From NCBI GenBank assembly GCA_023231475.1, contig JALJEE010001509.1, forward strand, positions 1 to 41,402: a stretch of DNA of 41,402 bases. The letters run 5' to 3'. This stretch comes from Seison nebaliae. Taxonomy: Eukaryota. The number at the start of each line of letters is the position of its first letter. Position 1 is the first letter of the stretch. Under the pieces are notes generated by a model that saw only the letters and a list, made by a program, of their open reading frames with translations, did no database searches and had not been told where the DNA came from. The position numbers were made by a program, and so were the translations under genes. This document shows positions 1 through 11,160 of this stretch, in pieces.

Positions 1-81
1 ATTCTTCGCCGGTTGGTCAGTTCGTTCGTCGGACGACTTCTCCTTTCTCTCTCCATTAGGTGTCTTCGTTCTCTTTCTCAT
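1..81 (-). CDS. Possible first coding exon of a gene running off the window start (MRKRTKTPNGERKEKSSDERTDQPAKN...)
   Basis: ATG at 81-79 opens a frame to position 1 with higher GC than the flank; no recognisable motif. Confidence 0.3.
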   Translation of the reverse strand, partial: MRKRTKTPNGERKEKSSDERTDQPAKN

Positions 82-410
82 TCTTCGTAAGTCAAATTTA
101 GAAACATAAAACTTTCTCGTAGTCTAAATGAGAAATAAAAAGAAACTTATCGAATGTTGAAAGACAGATGTATGAGGGGAGGGAAACTGATGGAAAAAAG
201 AGTTTTTTTTTGGGAAAGAAAAGCCATAACAATTCTAATTTACTTTCATTTCAAACGAAAAAGAGAGAAAGAAAGTCATTTAGTTGTAATGATGAGGAGA
301 AGTAGTTCATAAATATAAGCGTCCAACTAATAACGGTTTGCGGACCGTTTTCTTCCTTTGGTTCTTATTTTTTACGTTAGTAGACGAAATTTTCTGATTG
401 ACTAGAAGCT

Positions 411-1740
411 CCTTATTATTTTCTTTTTATTATATAACCAAATCCCCACGGGGTAAATGAAGAAGGAAATAAGATAACTCACTAGGTGAATCATCGGAAA
501 TAAATGATTTGGTCTGATCTATTCTTGAAAGCAACAAATCAGGCACATGAAATAATATGCTAAAATTTGACAGTAGAATTCGGAAATCAGTTATGGTATC
601 ATTATTTGGAGTAGTTAAACCATAGTAATGACAAAAAAAAGTTAGCGGTGAAACAAATATTTCACACTGAACGAAAGACGGTAAGACGAGTTCGGAAGTC
701 GTAACAGAATCGAGTATTCTCAAGTATCGTTCCACTAACGTAAGAGAAGTGGCAAAGGTTTCAGACCGCTAACATGGAACATAAATGCTCATCCACATCC
801 GAGTAACATACGTACTGCTCGATTGTATGCTCGATCGAGGGAAAGTAATGATTTCCGTGTGTTCGATAAGGAGATGGCGAGACCATAGAAGTCACAACAA
901 AACGTTGCAAACAAACGAAGCTTCAAAGGAATAGAGAAGAATTAGGGTATATAATTAGAAGAAGAATAGATTAATTATTATTAACGGTCTTATTATCATT
1001 GTTGACGGGATTGGCGGACAAGGTCGTCGTAATGTGTTGGGGAATGAGAATCTCTTCATTAACTGGAATACCCGAAGGCACAGCAGTTCGAGTCGACTTG
1101 CGACCAAGAATCGACCGATACGAGCCAGAATCTCTGTTGTTGGTTGTGGAATCCTTCAATTCGTCCAAGATTCTCGTTTGGTTGGCGATGACGGTTTTCA
1201 ATCAAGACGCAATCTCTTTCAAAATCGATAAAGATTCACAAGAACGAACTTCGAGATGACTGAAAGAGGAGACCGTTGTCTGCAGTTGTGCCATAATTTG
1301 TTCGTTTCAGATTCGTTTTGATTGTTTTGATGCTTGTTTGGGTCGGTTATCGGTTAAGAGCGGTTTGACCAGCGACTCGGTAATGTCCAAGTGTGTTCTC
1401 TTCGAACCAGGAATATTGTGGTCGTTGCCTCTGGGGATAGTCGACTGCGATCTTCCACGTTTACTACTTTTTTTGTTACTTGTCGTCGGATATAACCCGG
1501 TGCTCGCCAGAGTATCGAGAACATCAAGCATTGTCTGAGTGCTGTTGTCTCCAGGTGAAACGCGATCGAGATCTTCCACCTTCTCTTCTTCGCTGTGATT
1601 GTATCGCTTAAGTTAATTATTAAGTTTATTATTTTTATTTTATTTATTAATTAAGTTAATTTGGAAAAAACCAGTTTCTGAAGGAAAAAGGTCTTAAAGA
1701 GAAAACGAAACTAGTTCCATAAAATGAAGTAGAAAAACGT
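411..1740 (-). mobile_element. Internally deleted APE-type LINE (family B): ORF1-like fragments joined almost directly to the ORF2 C-terminus
   Basis: Minus strand ~935-430 reads FFSIPLKLRLFATFCCDFYGLAIS...LDRAYNRAVRMLLGCG...LHLPRGDLVI*, homologous to 38120-37610. 3' hairpin CCCCACGGGG at 444-453 and a TAA-rich tail at ~411-432. Broken ORF1-like frames at 971-1201 and 1307-1579. The 5' boundary is approximate. Confidence 0.75.
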
Positions 1741-1745
1741 TTTTT

Positions 1746-2346
1746 ATGTTCATTTCTGTTTTCTTTATAATTTTGGTCATGTGGCTATTATCATCGATTG
1801 GTTCGTGGTCTCTTAGAACCATATGTTTCCAAGTTCCTAAACGGACAAATTCGCCGACATATTTTGGGAGATTTTTGTTGTTCGTATCAAGATTCGTTAG
1901 AACACCTGTCCAAATGGGAAAGTTATTTTTGTTTGGATAGCATTCAAAATTTGAAATTGATTCATTACAGCAGCGAATACGAAATAGTTTGTGATGATTA
2001 TACCATCTACAATTTCATTGAAGATAATCGTCATCTGATTTTGTTCTTAATGTATTGTATTTCCCTGATCGTCGTCATAAAGATTTTGGGACATCTGCTA
2101 GTCATCGGATTCAACCGAACTATCAACCATATGGTTCAGAATTTCCAGCAACGTCAACGCAACCGATTGCAAAGACAATTGGATAGGGCAGCCCTGCACA
2201 ACGAACTCAATCGGGTGGCTGATCGACGTCCCAGTACCACTGACTCGTCCACCACCTCACAAATCGAACGATTCAACAATTACGCCAATCGTTTATGTGA
2301 ACGACGAATGGAAATATTTCGTAGACATCTTCTCATACCCAATTGA
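1746..2346 (+). CDS. Uncharacterised membrane protein, 5' structure unresolved (possibly frameshifted)
   Basis: 182-codon frame 1798-2346 with a hydrophobic segment (LILFLMYCISLIVVIKILGHLLVIGF) and a helical C-terminus. No in-frame ATG near its start; a signal-like MFISVFFIILVMWLL begins at 1746 in another frame. Confidence 0.4.
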
Positions 2347-2765
2347 TTCATAACCAACAGTTCTGTTGGATTGTCTTCGTTTCATTATACTTATTCTCAA
2401 ATGAGAATTTGTCTAAATATATTGACATAGTTTTAATCTACATAATTTCTCTCTCTAATGTGATTTGTGAAAGAGTTTCAGAAAAAGAATTTCAATTTCA
2501 ATTTCCTCTTTCGTTATAAATACAAAATAAAAATAATTTGTAGAATTTCAATTGACATTCATTTATAATTTACACAATAATTTTAATTTTACACAAATTA
2601 ACTGCAAATTCTTATGCAATAATTGGATGTGACTTCGAGGAAATTACAGGTAAAATTTTCCTATATAATTTTCAAAATATTTCATTTGATCATATTCAAA
2701 TATTAGTCTCTCCTCCATAATTCGAACGTGGTCAAATTGGACGAGTTTTTTTTTCTCAAACAATT

Positions 2766-4582
2766 ATGGCAAAAGACGGAGAGAAGAAGTTGACGAAAGC
2801 CGAGCGGATAGCAGCACGACAAGCGGCTCAATTAGGTGGGGGAGATGATGGAAAAGATGTTGAAGATATTTCAAAATTGATGTACGGTGATTTGCCCCTA
2901 ATCCAATCGAGAGGAGATGAGCAATTTGTTGGACGAGAATTTCATCGTATTTCTGATATCGATGAATCATTCGTCGATAAGACGGTGTGGTTGAGAGTGA
3001 GAATTCATGGAACACGTGCCACAGGTAAACAATGTTTCTTAGTGGTGCGAGAGAAGATGTTTACTCTCCAATCCATCGTATATGTGAACGAGAAGATATC
3101 GAAGAAAATGGTAAAATTTATTTCGAACATTCCAAAAGAAAGTCTCATCGACGTGAAAGGTCAATTGAAATCAGTCAATCAATCTATTCAGGCATGTACC
3201 ATTAAATCGTGTGAGTTACATGTGGAGGAATTGTGGGTGGTCTCTCGTTCTCATATCCTTCTTCCAATTCAAATTGAAGATTGTATGAGAAATGATAAAA
3301 TTGATGGAGATCAACAATTATCGGTAGTAAATCAAGATATGAAATTAGATTATCGAATACTCGATCTAAGAACACCAGCCAATCAAGCCATTTTCCGTAT
3401 CGAAAGTGCAATATGTCAATTCTTCCGAGAGTCTCTATTGAAAAGACAATTTACAGAAATTCACGTTCCCAAAATCATCAATTTCAAATCGGAAGGTGGT
3501 GCCAACGTTTTCACCGTTTCCTATTTCAAGAGGAACGCTTATCTCGCTCAATCGCCTCAACTCTACAAACAAATGGCAATTGCATCCGATTTCGAACGAG
3601 TCTTCACCATCGGTTAACTTTTTATTTATCATCCAAATTCCATTAAAAACCGTTTGACAAATCAGGTCCCGTTTTCCGTGCTGAAGATTCAAACACACAT
3701 CGTCATCTCACCGAATTCATTGGACTCGATTTGGAAATGGTTTTCAAATATCATTATCATGAAGTTCTCGATACGATCAGTGAGATGTTCATCGACATTT
3801 TTCAAAATTTAGAAACGAAGTTTGAAAAATTTTATAATTCAAATTTTATAATTCAAATTTTCTATTCTTATTTTTTGAAAGAATGAAAAATGAGATAGAA
3901 TTAGTCTCTCAACAATATCCTGTGGAACCATTCAAATATCTTCATCCTTCACTTCGATTGACATTTCCCGACGCCATCAAACTGTTGAGAGAAAATGGCG
4001 TGGAAATCGGCGATTTTGATGATCTCTCCACTCCGATTGAGAAGTTTTTAGGGAAATTAGTGAAAGAAAAAGTTTTTTTTTCCTAAAAATTTTTTTTTCA
4101 TTTTTCATTCACCATTTAGTATTCGACCGATTTTTATATGTTGGACAAATATCCATTGGCAGTTCGACCGTTTTATACGATGCCCGATCCCCAAAATGAA
4201 GTTTCGAATTTTTGAAAAAATTTCAAAAAATTTTTTAAAATTAATTTTTTCAAAGAATTATTCCAATTCGTATGATATGTTTTTCCGAGGTGAAGAAATC
4301 ATCAGTGGTGCACAACGTATTCATGATCCTGATTTATTGATCGTACGAGCGAAGAAACATGAAGTCGGTTAGTTGTGAAGATTGTGAGAATGATTTGATT
4401 TTTTCACATTTGTCGTAGATTTGGAAACGATTTCTGATTATATAAACTCCTTCCGATATGGTTGTTCGCCACATGCCGGTGTGGGTATTGGTATGGAACG
4501 AGTGGTAATGTTATATCTGGGTTTAGAGAATGTGAGAAAAACGTCAATGTTTCCACGTGATCCCAAACGTATCACACCATAA
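2766..4582 (+). CDS. DARS1: Cytosolic aspartyl-tRNA synthetase, 6 coding exons
   Basis: OB-fold plus class II motifs: [100 protein letters not shown]. Introns 3613-3665, 3820-3881, 4072-4119, 4201-4255 and 4368-4418 restore the frame. Confidence 0.97.
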
Positions 4583-4844
4583 ATTAGCAATTTGAACGGA
4601 AATTTTTAAATTAGGATGAAAAAATGATGATTTTGTTAGGAGAGATTTATTTCAAATTTTTTCGGAAGGAGAAAAATAATTAGATTGACTTTGTCATTCG
4701 ATCACATTATTATTGAATGGAAATATTAATTAAATTCTTCTTGATTTTGTTATGTGATAGGAAATGATATGACGGAGAAATTTATTAAGGAGAGTTTTCC
4801 TTTTCTTTTTTTTGGGAGATTTGTGAAAAAAATATTTTTTTTAA

Positions 4845-7510
4845 ATGAATAATTTGATAATTCATCAGTTTCATCAATTGCTGAATATTTCTTCGATTCA
4901 TTATGTGATTCTTGTGCAAACACAACCATCATTCACTTACCAGTTTGGGAAGGATATTTTAGCGACTTTGAAAAATTGCCCGTCTATTCATCTCATCCAC
5001 ATCAATTACTATTCGACTAATCGTCAACGAATCGTTTTGTTACATCATTTAAATAAAATTTATAATTTACATTTATCAACTTTGGAACGTTTATCGGAGA
5101 ATATATTGACATTATCACATTTCCTATCAATTCGGACAATTCTCTTATCGTTCGATGTGGATGGAATTGATGAATTGTTCAATAACTGGAAATTGGCTTT
5201 TTCAATTCCTCCAATTATCATCATTGATGATCGATCCATTTTATCCATTCATCCCAAACATCATCTTAATCGAATTTTCATTACCGTTTTTTTTCTTTCG
5301 AAAAATTCCTTCTCATTCATTCTCCAGCAAAACGGAAATGTTTTCAATGAATTATTTGCAATTTTATTTCATATCGACAACGATGATGGAAATCTGATTT
5401 TTCCCAATTTGGACATTTGTCACAATTTCTGTCAATTCAAATCGGAGCAAATTAATCGAATTATGTTCGACGGATTAATTTACGAATCTCTACTCTCTTT
5501 CCTTTTCTATTCGAAAAATGGAAATTTTGAAAAAATAACTCGAATAATTTCAAATTCATCCATCGCTTATAATATGTATCAATTACTTGAAACTCAATTC
5601 CAATCAACGGAAATTAGTGAGAAAAAATGTTTTTTTTTTCCATTTCATAAAACACGATCATATTCTCCTTCGTAGTTTGTTCGGAATTTCAAAATTGTGA
5701 GAAATATTCCATAATTCCATCAATTTCCAGACGATGGAATGACGAAGTTGATCAGGATCTGGAAAAAGTGATCCATGAGGAGAAGTTGTTTCGTATCTCG
5801 TTAATGTTGGGTCCTCCGTTCTGCATATGGAAAGGAGAGAGAGATCTGGTGACTAATCAGAGTCTCATTGTCGATTCAACGACGAGTCATTTGGCCGACG
5901 GTTTCATGTATCAGATAGCGCGACTATTAGTAGAGAATTTGAATCATCCGTTAACTTATTTCTCATTCAATCTCTTCATCGTCTCTCTAGATCACAAATC
6001 ACCATTTTACCTTATCGAACTTATCCGGGTGATGAGAATGAAAGTGGAAATAAATTAATTGGAACTATCAATCGAGTTCTCGAAGAAGTTTCATCATTTT
6101 CTTTATATTTTCTTTAAAATTTTTATGATTTTTTAAAAATTGATCTTTAAATTTAAAAGGAAATCGATTTATTCTGTCCCATCACATATACGAAATCGCG
6201 TGGGAAATATATTCCATTCGTCTATTCTCTGATGAGTGAATCGATTTCGATACTCGTCTACATTCATTCGAATTCCAAAGACATTTTCCACATTCTCCAA
6301 GGCATAAATTCAAATTTGTGGATTTGTTCAATTCTCATCCTCCTTTTCTTATCGGCCCTATTCTTTCTCGTTTTGCTGGTGGAGTATAATATCAGGAATC
6401 ATCAACGGATTTATCTCTCACCAGAAGTGAAAGAATTGATAGGGAAATCAATAAATGATCCTCCCATCAGACGGAAATGTAAATTGTGTCTCAATTTTCT
6501 CCTAACGAAAATTACGTTTCAAGTCAAATACTCACAACAATTTCTCGTCAAACGAGACATTTTCTCTTTCTTCGCATCCAATTTCTGCACTGCAAGTTCC
6601 ATTTTCTATCAAATTTAAATTTTAAAAGACTTAAAAAAAAAACTTCATCAGATTATGGAATGAAACCAGATTATATTGCTGGACGAATGGTTTTGTTGTT
6701 CTGGTGGATTTTCTGTCTTATCTTCACCATCAGTTACACGGCCAATTTAACGTCGTTGTTCACTCTTCATAATGTGGAACCGCCAATCAAATCGATGAAG
6801 GATTTAGCGAAAAATAAACAATACACTCCGATTTCCTTCGAAGGAAGTTCAGTGAAAAATATTTTTAAAGTTCTTTCCCTTTTATTTCAGATTTTGAATT
6901 TCTCAATAATTTGAGGCATTTCATTCGAAAATGTACGACGAATTATTGGACCGAATGGAGTATTGCAACGACACGGAAACTATTCTCAATCGTGTTCGAT
7001 ATAAGAAACGCGTGCTCATTTCTGACCATCATCACATTCAGGAATTGGCTTTGGAATATTGTGAATTCTACGAGATATTCGAAAATGTAGCACCATTAGA
7101 ACTGGGATGTGCCATCAATCCTTCCCTCAAATTCAGACCTCTAATCAACAAAATGTCCCATTTCCTTCATCACATATATTTAAAAATTTATTTATAGATT
7201 TTTGAAAATTGATGAGTCCGGATTGAGTAGATTATACCGGAGGAAGTATCTGGATAAGAATCCCAAAAAATATAAATGTGTTTCATATGACGAGCGAATT
7301 ATATGGAATACTGCCGTCAATAATCTGAAGAACACGAATTTCCGCAAACGTCACAAGAATCAGGGACCGATTAAATTCCCACAAATATCTGGAATCTTCG
7401 CCATTTGGCTTATAGGAATTTGTTTAACGTTAATCGTTTTACTCGTCGAAATATTCATATTTCGATATCAGAATAAGAAGAAATTAATTGTGGAAAATAA
7501 AAATATTTAA
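4845..7510 (+). CDS. Divergent ionotropic glutamate receptor family member (IR-like), multi-exon
   Basis: S1 (LGPPFCIW, DGFMYQIARLL, EIDL..ITYTKSR), M1, M3 (GRMVLLFWWIFCLIFTISYTANLTSLFT), PPIKSMKDL, S2, and M4 (ISGIFAIWLIGICLTLIVLLVEI). Short introns start at about 5950, 6088, 6596, 6870 and 7155; the first intron (~5620-5675) is ambiguous. Confidence 0.88.
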
Positions 7511-8936
7511 TTCATGAACTATTCAGATTTTCATAATATTATCCTTTTTCCTATTTAAATTAATGAACATTAATATAATTTAAAGAATTTGAAGTAAAGT
7601 GAATAATTCCTTTTATGGAATTATGTAATGTAAGAGTTCATTTTATGTTGTTAGGAAACTTTGTTTTAGTTTTTTTAAAATAATCTTTTAAATAATAATA
7701 TATACTGCACAGTAAGAAAGTTGGAGTATTCGCGCCCGAAGAATTGATAGAAGGAGGGAAATCATCAGGAGAGAACAAATGTCAGCAAAACTTCGTTCTA
7801 TAATTAGAATAATATAACACGATTAAATCTGCTCGTAATATACTTATTTGATTTATAGAGTAATTGTACCGAATAAATGATAATTATTGAAAAGACCAAT
7901 TATTTTAGTAACATCAATTATCGAATTTATGCACCTTTGAAAAATGAAAGTCACAACAGGTGTTAGAGATAAACCGGAAACGGTGCGATTTTGCAGTTTA
8001 GCTTATACTGATTGAACGTTGTGCTTATTGAGACTGTGAAGTGAATGTTGACTCTTTTGATTCTTCAAAAGAACATATTTCCATTTTAGCAAATATTTTC
8101 AAAATTTTCAAATAAAATCCCCATCAGAAATTTAAATCCGAGGGGTCTATATTAAAGATCATTCAGAAGGAAAAATTGTATCATATGTCGCCTAATCTTA
8201 TGTGGTTGGGAGAAAGTTTTGAGGAATAATTGAAAAATGTTTTGAGACTAACAATAATTTAGTCAAGTGTAAAAGAAAAATTTTTAATTTGATGTCCAAT
8301 TCTCTTATAAATATGAATATGTTTTTCCAATTCATATAAAAGAATAAGAACTGAAGATCGAAAGATGTGTCGAATTGGAATTGGTGGTACTGTTAGAGGA
8401 TAGAAACGACATAGAATTAGTTGTTGATATTAATTATCGGTTAATAAATTAATCATAAACATTAAGAAGAATGTTCATGACCATTTTCATGTGCGACGTC
8501 ATTTAAACAATTTCTCGGTATGTTTAAGGGTGTCCCTTCTAGCCGGTATGTAGTTCATATGTGTGATTGTTATGTAGTCCGATACATATAGTACAAATTA
8601 CGAAGTTTGTATAAAGAGATATATGATTTTTCTTCCGTCATTCAATGAAGAAGTTGGAGGGCTCGTTCTTGAATGGAGAGGAGTAATAATGAAGAAACAG
8701 AGAAAGTGAGATGAGACGGGAGTTCTGTTTAGTTACCAGCGAACACTAATCGTTTGATTGGGGAAAAGAGAAAGGACACAAATTCATTTGATGTTTATAG
8801 GAAAGAATTAAATTGAAAGGCAAAATTGATAAAAAGAAATTGTCAGTTTCCGTAAGTGAAAAGAACGAGTTAAAGTGATTATTCTTTCGTGTCAATAGAA
8901 ATCAGTCGAATTGGGTGAGATTCAGTGGCGAGGACA

Positions 8937-9827
8937 ATGTCGGTCTCCCAAATCAAAATGGAAATGAGGAAAGATGAAAAACATACGTCGAGTAACGGAC
9001 GAGGAGACTTGCGCGCAAGATCGATCAAACGTCACGAAACGATTGACAAGACGAGTGGAGCGAAATTGAAGAATGCCCTTCTGCCCGTCTTACGGAAACA
9101 TATCGTCGTGATGGGCGATGATATGTGTGGGAAGAGTGAATTAATAAATAAATTCTTCGAACTCTATCAACAGGAAGGCGACAAAAACATCATTCACGTC
9201 TCAGTCAACGATCAGGAATGTCGACTTTACATTTCGGAGGATTTGATTCTGAGTCGGAAGGAAGTCATCCGGTCACAGATGGATCCGCAATTCGTGCCAC
9301 AACCACACGTCGCTTTATGTTGTTACAATATTATGGATTCGAAAACGTTGAAAAAGATCTCGTCGGATATCGTGCCCACCATCCGAAAGAATTATGAGGG
9401 AATGCCAATTATAGTGGTGGGATGTAAGGAGGATTTGAGAGGCGACGAGAAATTAATAAATGATCTACGTCGAATGAATCTGTTCCCGGTAAGTGAGAAT
9501 GAAGGTCGGCGAGTAGCGAAGGAATGTCACGCTCACACGTACATCGAGTGCAGCACGAAAAATAGCGCGACGATCGAGAAGGTATTGAAAACGGCGGTGG
9601 AAGCAGCTGTTTTAGATGACGGACTGAACTTGTTCGCTGATCAATTGATAACGGAAAACACAGTTAATTCGTCCAAAGCTATTTTACATAATTCCAGTTC
9701 CGACGATAATGAAGAAGCGACGAGACAAAGAACGGTAAATGTATCGTCAGTGAATAATAAGAATTTCGGGCGAAGGAAAAAGGAAAAGAATAGAAACATG
9801 AACAATACCAAATGTATCGTAATGTAA
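8937..9827 (+). CDS. Atypical Rho-family (Rnd-like) small GTPase, intronless ORF
   Basis: P-loop GDDMCGKS, G4 VGCKEDLR, Rho insert helix, G5 YIECSTK, polybasic tail and CAAX (CIVM). The DxxG and effector-loop motifs are absent. Confidence 0.85.
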   Translation: MSVSQIKMEMRKDEKHTSSNGRGDLRARSIKRHETIDKTSGAKLKNALLPVLRKHIVVMGDDMCGKSELINKFFELYQQEGDKNIIHVSVNDQECRLYISEDLILSRKEVIRSQMDPQFVPQPHVALCCYNIMDSKTLKKISSDIVPTIRKNYEGMPIIVVGCKEDLRGDEKLINDLRRMNLFPVSENEGRRVAKECHAHTYIECSTKNSATIEKVLKTAVEAAVLDDGLNLFADQLITENTVNSSKAILHNSSSDDNEEATRQRTVNVSSVNNKNFGRRKKEKNRNMNNTKCIVM

Positions 9828-11160
9828 TGTGATTATGATGGAAATTTGAAGAGATGGAGCATTTTGAAAGGAATTTCGGGAGGAGTAAGGATATGGAACA
9901 GAATCGTTTTCTCATTATTCTTCCTCCACTTTTTTTTGAAGTTCAACTCAATAATTCTCATTCGAAAGATAATTCATTAACATTTCTTTTTCTCTCGTTC
10001 ATCCCTCTCTCTCTCTCTCATTCACTCAAGTCGTGGCGATCATATTTCTAATGTTTAATCTATTTAATCATTCATTCATTTCTAGATTTCCTATTGTTTA
10101 TTAATTACTCCTCTTTTTGTACGAGTAACAACTATTGTATAGTGATCATCAGAATTATTTCGAGATCCAAATAATAATAATAATAAGTTTAGGCAAAGTT
10201 GCCCCAATAAATGTTATAGTATTCCTTCTCGTCTTTCTTCGCCACCCCTCCCCCCGCCAAACAAACTTGTCTTCCTCCACTGCACAAGAAATGCACAAGA
10301 AAGACATGGATGATGTGTGCACGAAGTATTAAATCGATATTTCCACTCGTATAAGCTGATGTGAGGGATGATGAGAGAGGATTGCGTTAATTTCTTATTC
10401 AATGTCTCCGATGATGATGGAAGAGATGGATTTGAGATGATTATGTAGGAAAAAATGATTAAAGGAATTTTCGTCTTCCATCACCGCGGACAAGATTTGT
10501 GAGAGGAGGAGAATGTTTAATGGAGAATCATTGACATTCATCTCATTACTTCGCCATCGTTCAACTATGTGATTATTGTTTATAGTATTAGTGTGTTTGG
10601 ATGACGAATATAAGAAAGTTTATTCTCTTCTCGCTTCCCACCCCAATTACTTTCCTTTTCTGTACTACTACCAATTGATATTGATGGGTGTCGTCGAATA
10701 GCTCCATGATGGTGTTTTATTAACCGATATATTTTATTATCCATCTCATAAAAATTCCATATATTATATATCTCTCTCATTGTTTGTTGTTGTGGTTGTT
10801 GTTGTTGTTGTTGGAGAGGAAGAGAAAATTTCATAAACAATTCTTCTTTCCAACAAAATTATTTGAAGTTTATTTCTCCAATAACAATTCTCTTATATTT
10901 CCTCATTATTTAATTGTTCTCATTTCAATGATTAGTTGTCAATCGACGATTGGGAGAGAATCTCTCATGATCTCGTCTATCTAAATGAATTGTTGTTCTT
11001 CTCCCCAGAACATCGATCATTCATGCTCGAATGACGAACGGTAAAGAAAGAAATGTTCTTCCTCGGCAATCACATTCAACGATCGAGTAATCACATTCTC
11101 TAATAACCAGATAACGGTAGTGGATTCGAACGAGGGGAATCGTCTGGAATCGATTTCATT

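Noticed and set aside
1660..1740. Possible 5' copy of the 3' region in the first LINE, analogous to 39206-39317
   Set aside because: Similarity to ~495-570 is too weak to distinguish from AT-rich background by eye.
2766..7510. Fragmented ORFs suggesting stop-codon reassignment or frameshifting
   Set aside because: The breaks in conserved genes are explained by short GT-AG introns under the standard code.
9850..11150. Several short ORFs, including a polyQ ORF at 10580-10840
   Set aside because: Low-complexity, microsatellite-driven frames in probable UTR or intergenic DNA; no motifs.
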